In this document: positions 56,370-64,000 of the stretch, piece after piece
How positions within the stretch are numbered: position 1 is the stretch's first letter
Layout: each line of letters starts with the position of its first letter
Assembly (NCBI GenBank): GCA_021741075.1
Contig: JAIOYO010000003.1
Coordinates: 19,889-83,888 of the forward strand
Length of the DNA: 64,000 bases
Direction: 5' to 3'
From: Flavobacteriales bacterium
Lineage (GTDB): Bacteria > Bacteroidota > Bacteroidia > UBA10329
The notes under the pieces: model-generated
Database searches by the model: none
What the model saw: the letters and a program-made list of their open reading frames with translations, nothing else
Told to the model about the DNA's origin: nothing
Made by a program: the position numbers and the translations under genes

Positions 56370-57046
56370 AAAGAAGCCACCACTTCTAACTTCTCGCTTC
56401 TAGAAATCCCCCCAGGGTTGCAACCTAACTCGCCTTCAGGAATAGGAATTCCTAGCTCAGCATAGTAATCTACCCAAACCGGAAACATCTCGTTGGTCGT
56501 TGGGTCTTTGAAAGTCATTGGTAAAAGCTCAAAAAACGGCTGATGGTTATTGGCGGATTTGAACGCATCGTAAATCAATTCGCTGCAATAGTAGCTTCCG
56601 TTATCGTAGAGAAAAGCATCATCATACGGCATTCCGAGTTGAGCCACCGCAAAATCCAGTGCCTTCTTTTTCAAGTCCTGATTGTAATCAGCCAATCTTG
56701 ACACAATCACTTTCGGATTTCCTACTTGATCTACATTTCTGTTGACGAAAACCTGAATCGGTGTTGCTTGAACATGCTTTCCGATGGCTTCAATTACAAC
56801 CATTGAATCATTGTAAATATGAACCAAGCCAAGATGCGAGAATGATTTTCCGTCAACTCCTTCGGTTACGGTTTCGATTGCAGTACAAAGACCTCCACAA
56901 TCCAAATCTTGGAAGAGCAAGTCGCCAATTTGAAATTCAAAGGTTCTTGAATTCGCTAAGTTGGATTGTTGAGCCCTTACTTGAAAAGACAAACACCAAA
57001 CAAAAAGCATTAAAACTCGAAAGTTGGTCATTCGCATATTCGCCAA
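56363..57046 (-). CDS. YiiX/permuted papain-like (NlpC/P60 clan) protein
   Basis: Signal peptide; ...SHLGLVH...; later YYCSELIYDAF (permuted His...Cys order). Confidence 0.55.
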   Translation of the reverse strand: MANMRMTNFRVLMLFVWCLSFQVRAQQSNLANSRTFEFQIGDLLFQDLDCGGLCTAIETVTEGVDGKSFSHLGLVHIYNDSMVVIEAIGKHVQATPIQVFVNRNVDQVGNPKVIVSRLADYNQDLKKKALDFAVAQLGMPYDDAFLYDNGSYYCSELIYDAFKSANNHQPFFELLPMTFKDPTTNEMFPVWVDYYAELGIPIPEGELGCNPGGISRSEKLEVVASFY

Positions 57047-57062
57047 TTACACAATTTGCTCA

Positions 57063-59147
57063 TTAGTAAGCCCCATTCCTTTTCCGTACAAACCACTCAA
57101 GTGTCAGCAGAGCAAGAATCAGGAAGAATATCCATTTCAGATGAATGGCTTCTTTAAACCATGTTTGTTCGTAAACCACATTTCGGATGTCGTCTCTTGA
57201 TTTAATGGCATTGGCCAACTTGTCTAACTCGCGTGGATAGAAAAGCGCACCACCAGAACCGTTGGCAATCTTGTACATCAATCCATGGTCGGCTGTGGTA
57301 CGCGTAGTTTCTAGTTTGAGGGCTGCCACCATAAACTGACCTGAACTTTCGAGCACCTTTCCGCCATTGCTAACCTGCGCTTTGTAGCGGTAGTTTCCCT
57401 CCTTGAAACTTCCTGCATTCAGTCGATAAGCATTGTCCGTACGATTGAATTTGTATTCAAATCGTTTTCCCGCCTCATCTGTAATGGTGAGATCAACTTC
57501 AGGTTCGTTGATCGGCTCGTATGTTTCGTTGTAGAGTTCTGCATTGAAGACAACCGCTTCATCTTCCGAATAGCGGTTCTTCGTGTTCACACGGAAGAGG
57601 CTTTTGTCGGTTTTGAGGGCAAGGAACTGCACCAATTTCGAAAGCATGCTATCGAATATCTCGTGCGAACCGTTCTCTTCAAAATCCCTTACTCGCCATC
57701 GCCAAATGCCATCTCCAACAAGAACGCCCGATTTTCTACCCGAAACATCATTGAAAAGCAATAGCGGGTTCTGCGTCTCCACATTGCCGATACGCTGATA
57801 GAACAGGGTCTGTGCCGAACCACTTGCCGCGTATTCGCCAAAAGGTGCATTCAAAGGAGGATAACGTTGTAGCATTCTTCGCACGTTCTCGTCCAAAGTG
57901 AAAAGTGAAAAGCCCTTAGCAAAAACAGGCAGCACTTCATTCTTGGACTGACGCGCTGCGTTTATCTGCAATCCTAGGTTCATGTCGTTGAACCATCGCA
58001 GGTCGGTCTTGCCTCCTACGATGCAGAATACCGGAACGGTTGAAGCACGGATCTTGTCCATCTCAGGTCTTCCCTTCCCTCCCATCTGTGGGAGTTGATG
58101 GAGAATGATGAGGTCATACTCTGCTGTATTGAACTCTTTCTCCCCCAACACAAAAGCATCCACTTCGTAATTGTCGTTACCGCTGATGCTGCGCTTGATG
58201 GCTGCAATATCTGGGTGCGGATTGGCGGCCAGAATGAGTACCTTCTGTCTTCCGTCTAGCACCTCCACAAAGAAATCCTGCGTGTTATTGCTGCGCGAAA
58301 GTTCTCCGCTCAAAACAGATACGCTCGCTTTTATCCTGTTCAAACCAGGTGTTTCGGCCTTTAGCTTGGCCGAAAGCACTTTTCGGAAGGAATTGCTGTT
58401 GATGTTCACGCGCTGCTCCCAGAGAATACCGTTGCCGCTAGAAAGCTGAACAGTTACGTCCTTTCCTTGAAATTTTTCGGCTTCTATAGTAATGTCAACA
58501 GGAAATTCATTCCCCAAATAGGCATAGCGGTTGTGATCAACCTTTTTTAAGATGACATCTCTCTTGATACTCGTATCGCCCAAGGCGATGGAATAGATGG
58601 GCGCATTGAGATGCAGCGGACTATAAATGGGGTCGCGGCCACGGTTGTACAATCCATCTGAAGCGAGTATTACCGCACCTACATTGCGATTGGCGTAAAC
58701 GTTATCCAACTCTTCAAAAAGTTCAGACAAATCGGTTCTGCCATCAGAGAAATTGGGTGTTTCCTTTTCGCTCACGGTGTTTCCGAACACGTAGCTACGC
58801 ACTTCGTAATCGCTTGAAAGTTCTTTTCGCAATGATGCCAACGCATCGAGGTAGTCCGTTCTGTAAAACGCGCTATCGCTGTTCAGTGGAATACTTGAAG
58901 AATTATCCTGTGCGATGACAACAATCGGTTTTTCTGTTCGCTTGGTAACTGACCTAATGAGTGGCCCCATCAGCAACACTACAAGAGTAAAAATGGCGAT
59001 GCCGCGCACCGCTGCCAAACCGCGCACCATCCAAAGGGGCATTTCGGCTGTGCGCTTTTCGCGGAAATACATTCCGAGGGCGTAGCCCACGCCAACCGCA
59101 AGAGCCAAAAGCAAAAACCAAGTTGGATATTGAAAAACTATCTGCAC
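57063..59147 (-). CDS. large membrane-anchored hypothetical protein (N-terminal TM pair, C-terminal TM anchor)
   Basis: N-terminal double TM and C-terminal WIFFLILALLTLEWFVRKR anchor, as in BatA-like / aerotolerance-associated families. No catalytic motif recognised. Confidence 0.45.
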   Translation of the reverse strand: MQIVFQYPTWFLLLALAVGVGYALGMYFREKRTAEMPLWMVRGLAAVRGIAIFTLVVLLMGPLIRSVTKRTEKPIVVIAQDNSSSIPLNSDSAFYRTDYLDALASLRKELSSDYEVRSYVFGNTVSEKETPNFSDGRTDLSELFEELDNVYANRNVGAVILASDGLYNRGRDPIYSPLHLNAPIYSIALGDTSIKRDVILKKVDHNRYAYLGNEFPVDITIEAEKFQGKDVTVQLSSGNGILWEQRVNINSNSFRKVLSAKLKAETPGLNRIKASVSVLSGELSRSNNTQDFFVEVLDGRQKVLILAANPHPDIAAIKRSISGNDNYEVDAFVLGEKEFNTAEYDLIILHQLPQMGGKGRPEMDKIRASTVPVFCIVGGKTDLRWFNDMNLGLQINAARQSKNEVLPVFAKGFSLFTLDENVRRMLQRYPPLNAPFGEYAASGSAQTLFYQRIGNVETQNPLLLFNDVSGRKSGVLVGDGIWRWRVRDFEENGSHEIFDSMLSKLVQFLALKTDKSLFRVNTKNRYSEDEAVVFNAELYNETYEPINEPEVDLTITDEAGKRFEYKFNRTDNAYRLNAGSFKEGNYRYKAQVSNGGKVLESSGQFMVAALKLETTRTTADHGLMYKIANGSGGALFYPRELDKLANAIKSRDDIRNVVYEQTWFKEAIHLKWIFFLILALLTLEWFVRKRNGAY

Positions 59148-59153
59148 TGGCGT

Positions 59154-59900
59154 TTATGTTAACATTCCACCACAAACCGACAATACCTGCCCTGTTACGT
59201 AGCTTGACATATCGCTAGCCAAGAATACCGCTGCATTGGCCACATCTTCTGATGTCCCACCGCGCTTAAGTGGAATGCTCTTGTGCCATTCTTCCACCAC
59301 TTTTTCGTCTAATACGTCTGTCATTTCGGTTTCGATGAAACCAGGCGTAATAGCGTTGCAACGGATGTTGCGCGAACCCAATTCCTTCGCAATACTCTTC
59401 GTAAAACCGATGATACCCGCCTTGCTTGCCGCATAATTCGATTGTCCAGCGTTACCTTGAACACCAACGATAGAACTAATGTTGATTATGCTTCCGCTAC
59501 GCTGTTTAAGCATAATGCGTTGGATGGCTTTAGTTACATTAAAAACCGACTTCAAGTTGGTATCAATAACCGCATCCCAATCTTCCTCCTTCATCCGCAT
59601 CAAAAGGTTATCTCGTGTAATGCCAGCATTGTTCACCACTACATCTAAGCGCCCATATTTCTCTACAATCTGATTAATAAGTTGCTCCGTCTGTTCTGAA
59701 TTGGAAGCATCCGATTTAACGGCCATTGCCTCCACTCCATTGGCGCTTAACTCCTTAACGAATGCATGAGCTTTCTCTTCTGAAGAAAGATACGTGAACA
59801 CCACCGTGGCACCTTCTTGTGCAAACTTCTGGCAAATGCCTTTGCCAATACCACGCGTGCCTCCTGTAACCAAGGCTATTTTTCCGTTTAACAGACCCAT
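59154..59900 (-). CDS. fabG: 3-oxoacyl-[ACP] reductase
   Basis: ATG at 59900: MGLLNGKIALVTGGTRGIGKG; NNAGI; S...YAASKAG catalytic triad context. Confidence 0.9.
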   Translation of the reverse strand: MGLLNGKIALVTGGTRGIGKGICQKFAQEGATVVFTYLSSEEKAHAFVKELSANGVEAMAVKSDASNSEQTEQLINQIVEKYGRLDVVVNNAGITRDNLLMRMKEEDWDAVIDTNLKSVFNVTKAIQRIMLKQRSGSIINISSIVGVQGNAGQSNYAASKAGIIGFTKSIAKELGSRNIRCNAITPGFIETEMTDVLDEKVVEEWHKSIPLKRGGTSEDVANAAVFLASDMSSYVTGQVLSVCGGMLT

Positions 59901-59985
59901 CAATGAATTCAATTTGGCTCCAAAGATAGGAAAGCGTAGATGCTCATTGGCTGTTGTAAGAATCTCAAAGCAAGGATGAGTTTGT

Positions 59986-60765
59986 TCAAGGATAATACGG
60001 ATACACATCTCCTTCGGGCGGATGGTGTGCCTCTTTCATGGCATCGCTTTGCTGGCGTAGTTCCTTCAACCATGTATTCAGCGGACGATGAAGACGATGA
60101 AGCATGTCTGCCAGAACGGTATCTGTTTTGGCGGAATTGAGCATCCATTCGGCCTTGCGATTTATGCGGCCTTGGTTGTTGCCCAACCCGGGAACGCGAG
60201 TGGATAATCGATTCACGTCTTCTGCCTCGGCCCAGTAATCAGTCTTGTCCATTGGCAGCAAACTCGGGAAATCTGACCATGCTTCAATGAATGTGATTTC
60301 GCCTTGGTTGTTGAAGGTAAACTCCTCATAAATGGGTATAAGCTTGCCGCTGTAATTGAATATTACATGGCAACGACAGAATGGCTGCACCTCAAAATAC
60401 TGGCAATCAATAGTGTCGTACTTGGTGGGATACAGTTTAAGTAGGATGTCGGTATTGATGAGGTTTCTTCTCTTATATCCTGTAAGTAGCAGCCACGGAT
60501 GCCATTCCCATCTAATCACCAAGTCAGAATAGTTGGGTTTTACCTTGATGGGAACAGACGATTCCATGGTAAGAAAGTACTTTACGCCTTGGTCAATGTA
60601 ATACGCTGGCGATTGTAGTGGCGAAAGCCTAGTAGATAATGCGGAGTCTACATCAGCAATTTGAGACAGATCAGTGGTGCCAATACTTGCGGTTTTGCAC
60701 GAGCTGGCCAATGCCAAAACCGCCAATAACAAGAAGAAGAAATGTTTATTTTTTAGCATCAACAA
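59986..60765 (-). CDS. hypothetical lipoprotein
   Basis: Lipobox ...LALASSC. No recognised domain. Confidence 0.5.
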   Translation of the reverse strand: MLMLKNKHFFFLLLAVLALASSCKTASIGTTDLSQIADVDSALSTRLSPLQSPAYYIDQGVKYFLTMESSVPIKVKPNYSDLVIRWEWHPWLLLTGYKRRNLINTDILLKLYPTKYDTIDCQYFEVQPFCRCHVIFNYSGKLIPIYEEFTFNNQGEITFIEAWSDFPSLLPMDKTDYWAEAEDVNRLSTRVPGLGNNQGRINRKAEWMLNSAKTDTVLADMLHRLHRPLNTWLKELRQQSDAMKEAHHPPEGDVYPYYP

Positions 60766-60873
60766 TAGAAGTGCTAAATATACTTACGAAGCGAAGTGAT
60801 TGCCATTCAATCTGCTCAAACCAAGGCGACACTATTTGTAAGAACAAATAACTTCGCGTTACAATTTCAAGAC

Positions 60874-61326
60874 ATGAAAAAACTCATCACACTCTTCTAC
60901 CTATTCGTAACTCTACTGATGTCTTCATGCAAGGAAGACCCAACCACGACCGAACTGCTTACGGATGGTGGGTGGAACATCAGAACACTTACGATCAACC
61001 CTTCAATCACCATCAATGGTGTGGTAATCACCGATTATTACAATCAGTTGTACGATTACGATAAAGACAACATCCTGACCTTTAATTCTAATGGCACTTA
61101 TACTTCGGATGAAGGAGCACTGAAGGAACATCCAAACGATTTGCAAACCAAACAGGGCAATTGGCTTTTATCTGAGTCTGAAGACAAACTCACGGTTTTT
61201 ATTGCCGAAGACACGGCCATTTACACCCTTGTATCCGTTTCTGAAGATGCCTTAACCTTAATCTATTCGGAGCGCGACACAGCCACACAAATCAACTACA
61301 GTTTTACCGCTGGTTTTACGCATTAA
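60874..61326 (+). CDS. small lipocalin-like hypothetical lipoprotein
   Basis: ATG at 60874: MKKLITLFYLFVTLLMSSC. About 150 aa and beta-rich. Confidence 0.5.
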   Translation: MKKLITLFYLFVTLLMSSCKEDPTTTELLTDGGWNIRTLTINPSITINGVVITDYYNQLYDYDKDNILTFNSNGTYTSDEGALKEHPNDLQTKQGNWLLSESEDKLTVFIAEDTAIYTLVSVSEDALTLIYSERDTATQINYSFTAGFTH

Positions 61327-61352
61327 GTCCGTGTTCATGGCCTGTGAAATCT

Positions 61353-62048
61353 CTATTGTTTCGCAGACCAAACCTTAAAATTCCTATAAGCGAAGTGTGT
61401 CCACTTCATTTGTCGGAAACCGATCTTACCTGCTCCTAAAGGGTTGTCATCCGCCCAATCAATTATCTGAACATCATCCAAGAACATCTGAATGCGTCCG
61501 TTGTGTTTGATGAGCCGCAGTTTGTGAATGGCGGTGGATGATGCAGCAATGCCAGGCTGCCCAACCTGCACTTTCTTAAAGCCTTTGTTCTTGCGTAGGT
61601 GACTGAACGGCCTGTCCTTTTGCGTAGGCGTATTGGCGTAATACGATATGTGATAATTGTTGATGTCGCCTTTGGTGTATTGCTTGAACATACCGTTGCG
61701 CAATTGCAGACTGGCATCAAAAAGGTCTTGTCCCTCCTGCCCTGCTGCCGCAAAGAATATGATGCACAATCCTGCTTCGGGATGGTGGTTTTGTACTTCC
61801 CATTCGGCAATAAAATTGGCAGGAAATGTTTTTGGACACCAATACACATGATGGCTTGCTTCGGATGGCGATTGAATGAACATCCAGCCATCTTTGTGTT
61901 CGGTTGTGGCTTCTCCTTCCATTCGCCAGCCTTGCATTTTCGTTGCATCTGCAAAGGAGTTTTCGTAGAGTAGTTCTTCTTTCAATGGTTGAGCTGTGCT
62001 ACAACTAGCTAAAAAGAACATGAAAAAGATTGGTGGCCTCATCTTCAT
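61353..62048 (-). CDS. secreted concanavalin-like/jelly-roll protein (DUF1961-like)
   Basis: Lipoprotein-like signal (FLASC); ...YHISYYANT...; IGFRQMKWTHFAYRNFKVW ending. The family assignment is tentative. Confidence 0.45.
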   Translation of the reverse strand: MKMRPPIFFMFFLASCSTAQPLKEELLYENSFADATKMQGWRMEGEATTEHKDGWMFIQSPSEASHHVYWCPKTFPANFIAEWEVQNHHPEAGLCIIFFAAAGQEGQDLFDASLQLRNGMFKQYTKGDINNYHISYYANTPTQKDRPFSHLRKNKGFKKVQVGQPGIAASSTAIHKLRLIKHNGRIQMFLDDVQIIDWADDNPLGAGKIGFRQMKWTHFAYRNFKVWSAKQ

Positions 62049-62316
62049 GCTGGCAAACTAAGCAAATGAAATTATCAATCCATCTCTAAACAATCAATAA
62101 TAGTTTTAACCGAAGCGTAATCTGCACTTAACCTATTGCCCTTCCCTATGCTGTTCCTTTGCATAAACCAACACCAAGGACTTGATGGTCCGGCAGACGA
62201 GATCAGTCATTCCACCGCATTTGCACGGAAGCTCCCAATTAAGGAGCAAGGAAAAGAACCCTCAGAATTTTGCCCCAACGGTGTTCCAATCTCGAACCAT
62301 GTTTCATCTCCGATTT

Positions 62317-62343
62317 AAGACGCTTTTGCGTCTTTTTTTATTT
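62317..62343 (+). terminator. rho-independent terminator inside the 365-bp leader region
   Basis: AAGACGC-tttt-GCGTCTT is a perfect 7-bp stem followed by TTTTTATTT. It lies 70 nt upstream of the ATG at 62414. Confidence 0.7.
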
Positions 62344-62413
62344 GCAATCATTCGCTCTGCATTCCGCTTTGCCAAGAAATACGACATGCCAAAACCAATA
62401 ACTCAATCACCAA

Positions 62414-63268
62414 ATGAAATTTGAAAGTAGACGGTCGGTAGAGACCGTTATCATCAGCGATACCCATCTCGGAACCTATGGCTGCCATGCCGAAGAACTG
62501 GTGCGTTACCTAAAAAGTATTCGACCTGAGAAACTTATTCTTAACGGTGACATCATCGACATCTGGCAGTTCAGCAAGAGCTATTTCCCGAAAGACCATA
62601 TCCGCGTTATAAAGGAAATTACCAACATGCTGGCAAAAGGCGTACAGGTCTATTACATTCCGGGCAATCATGATGAGTTTGTGCGCAAGTTTTGCGGCCA
62701 GACCATCGGCAACCTCCACATCGACAACAAGGTTGTGCTGGAATTAGACGGCAAGCAATCGTGGATCTTCCATGGCGATGTGTTTGATGTGAGCATGCGC
62801 TACTCTAAGTGGATTGCCAAATTGGGCGGACAGGGCTACGACCTACTCATTCTCTTTAACCGCTTTGTGAACCGCTGGTTGGAGCGCTTCGGTAAGGAAA
62901 AGATCTCATTCTCAAAACGGGTAAAGGACAGTGTAAAAGCTGCCGTGAAGCACGTCAACGATTTTGAGACCACAGCAGCCCTTATTGGCATTTCGAATGG
63001 ATATGATAATGTGATCTGCGGACACATTCACAAGCCGCTTATCAAAACAATAAAGGGTGATGATGGCGAGATTACCTACATGAACAGTGGCGATTGGATT
63101 GAGAACCTCACTTCGTTAGAATACAACGATGGCGAATGGAGTTTGTATCGCTATGAGGAAGACATGGCTTTGAAAGAATATACGCTCGAACCAGATAATG
63201 CGATTGAACTAAGCAGTCAGGAGATCCTGTTCACGCTGATTGAAGAGTTCAGCTTCAAGCGCGCATGA
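62414..63268 (+). CDS. LpxH-like metallophosphoesterase (UDP-2,3-diacylglucosamine diphosphatase family)
   Basis: VIISDTHLG, LNGDIID, GNHDE, GHIH and SGDW motifs in calcineurin-like order. Confidence 0.7.
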   Translation: MKFESRRSVETVIISDTHLGTYGCHAEELVRYLKSIRPEKLILNGDIIDIWQFSKSYFPKDHIRVIKEITNMLAKGVQVYYIPGNHDEFVRKFCGQTIGNLHIDNKVVLELDGKQSWIFHGDVFDVSMRYSKWIAKLGGQGYDLLILFNRFVNRWLERFGKEKISFSKRVKDSVKAAVKHVNDFETTAALIGISNGYDNVICGHIHKPLIKTIKGDDGEITYMNSGDWIENLTSLEYNDGEWSLYRYEEDMALKEYTLEPDNAIELSSQEILFTLIEEFSFKRA

Positions 63269-64000
63269 AAATATTGTACGCCATACAAGGAACGGGAAAT
63301 GGCCACTTGAGCCGTTCGATGGAGATCATTCCGCATCTCCAAAAACGCGGAAAAGTTGACGTGCTTTTGAGTGGCAATCAATGCGAATTGAAACTGCCAT
63401 TCGATGTTCGCTATCGTTTCCATGGATTGAGTTTCATCTTTGGCGAGAAAGGCGGCATCAACTTTACAGCTACTTACAAGAATAACCGTACACGCAGATT
63501 TATGCGCGAGGTGAATTCGTTGGATGTTTCGCCTTACGACCTTGTCATTTCGGATTTCGAACCCGTCTCGGCTTGGGCCTGCATTCTCGCAAACAAGCGT
63601 TGCATTGGATTGAGCAATCAGGCTTCTATTCTTGCAGAAGGTGCGCCCGTAGTAGAAAGTGGCGACATGCTCGGTAAGTTCATCCTTCAGAATTACGCGC
63701 CTGTTTCTGATGCGTACGGTTTTCATTTTCAGCGTTACAATCCGAGCATTTTCACACCAATCGTAAGGAAAGAGGTCCGCGAACTGAAAACCTCGAACAA
63801 GGGGCATTATCTCGTTTATCTTCCAGCACACAGCGATGAACGTATCGTGAAGGCTTTAAAAAACTTCCCCGAAATGGAGTGGCAAGTTTTCAGCAAGCAC
63901 GGAAAGGAGGGTTTCATTGATGAGAATGTCTGGTTGCGTCCGATCAATAACGAGCAGTATCTGGAAAGTCTGGCCTCCTGTGCAGGGCTTCTCTGTGCTG
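63265..64000 (+). CDS. glycosyltransferase (GT-B, MJ1255-like), 5' partial at window end
   Basis: Not in the ORF track because it has no stop in the window. ATG at 63265 overlaps the upstream stop (ATGA). My translation is MKILYAIQGTGNGHLSRSMEIIPHL..., open to position 64000. The 63217-63831 minus ORF is its antisense shadow. Confidence 0.65.
   Translation, partial: MKILYAIQGTGNGHLSRSMEIIPHLQKRGKVDVLLSGNQCELKLPFDVRYRFHGLSFIFGEKGGINFTATYKNNRTRRFMREVNSLDVSPYDLVISDFEPVSAWACILANKRCIGLSNQASILAEGAPVVESGDMLGKFILQNYAPVSDAYGFHFQRYNPSIFTPIVRKEVRELKTSNKGHYLVYLPAHSDERIVKALKNFPEMEWQVFSKHGKEGFIDENVWLRPINNEQYLESLASCAGLLCA

Noticed and set aside
62136-62424. 60-aa and 80-aa ORFs in the LpxH-like leader as real small proteins
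   Set aside because: They have a non-ATG or poorly placed start and Pro/Ser/His-rich junk composition. One overlaps the downstream gene start. The terminator hairpin explains the region better as RNA.
63217-63831. 204-aa minus-strand ORF
   Set aside because: It is the antisense shadow of a plus-strand glycosyltransferase that starts at 63265 and is open to the window end. The plus-frame translation has a clear GT N-terminus (MKILYAIQGTGNGHLSRS) and an ATGA coupling to the upstream gene.
1-64000. tRNA, rRNA, tmRNA, RNase P or SRP RNA genes; transposases, integrases, toxin-antitoxin or known defence systems
   Set aside because: The intergenic regions were read on both strands. I found no cloverleaf-like or conserved core motifs (GGUCCGGAAGGAAGCAGC, GAGGAAAGUCCGGGC, a terminal CCA with tag ORF). 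I also found no ORFs with nuclease, RT or recombinase signatures.

Overview
The window reads as a chromosomal core segment of a Bacteroidota (Flavobacteriia-like) genome. The evidence is two proteins with T9SS C-terminal sorting domains, Cys-pair TPR lipoproteins, TAnnTTTG-type promoter boxes and palindromic intergenic repeats typical of the phylum. I annotate about 60 densely packed CDS. Housekeeping genes include rarA, queE, folD, ffh, argS, arfB, amt, rsmE, hutH, comEC, rny, zapA and fabG. Other content: a carotenoid pair (fused lycopene cyclase plus GT1 glycosyltransferase); an arginine/citrulline amidinotransferase pair; four tandem TPR paralogs; many secreted or outer-membrane hypotheticals. 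I found no rRNA, tRNA, CRISPR array, integrase, transposase, prophage block or recognisable defence island. No multi-gene system stands out as clearly novel, so the most unusual items are mostly non-coding or small modules. (1) A strictly phased 12 x 21-bp tandem array (37513-37764) lies between two gene 3' ends. (2) A roughly 190-nt highly structured RNA with a 12-bp closing stem and U9 tail lies between zapA and rny (6S-like RNA or rny leader). (3) A translationally coupled RraA-like / FAD oxidoreductase / NapH-like membrane polyferredoxin operon sits beside the carotenoid genes. (4) A degenerate-HNH + AP2 DNA-binding protein is fused onto the end of folD, next to an orphan SiaB-like kinase. 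(5) An orphan intrinsic terminator sits inside the 365-bp leader of an LpxH-like/GT operon. All functional calls rest on motif recognition by eye; no database search was run.
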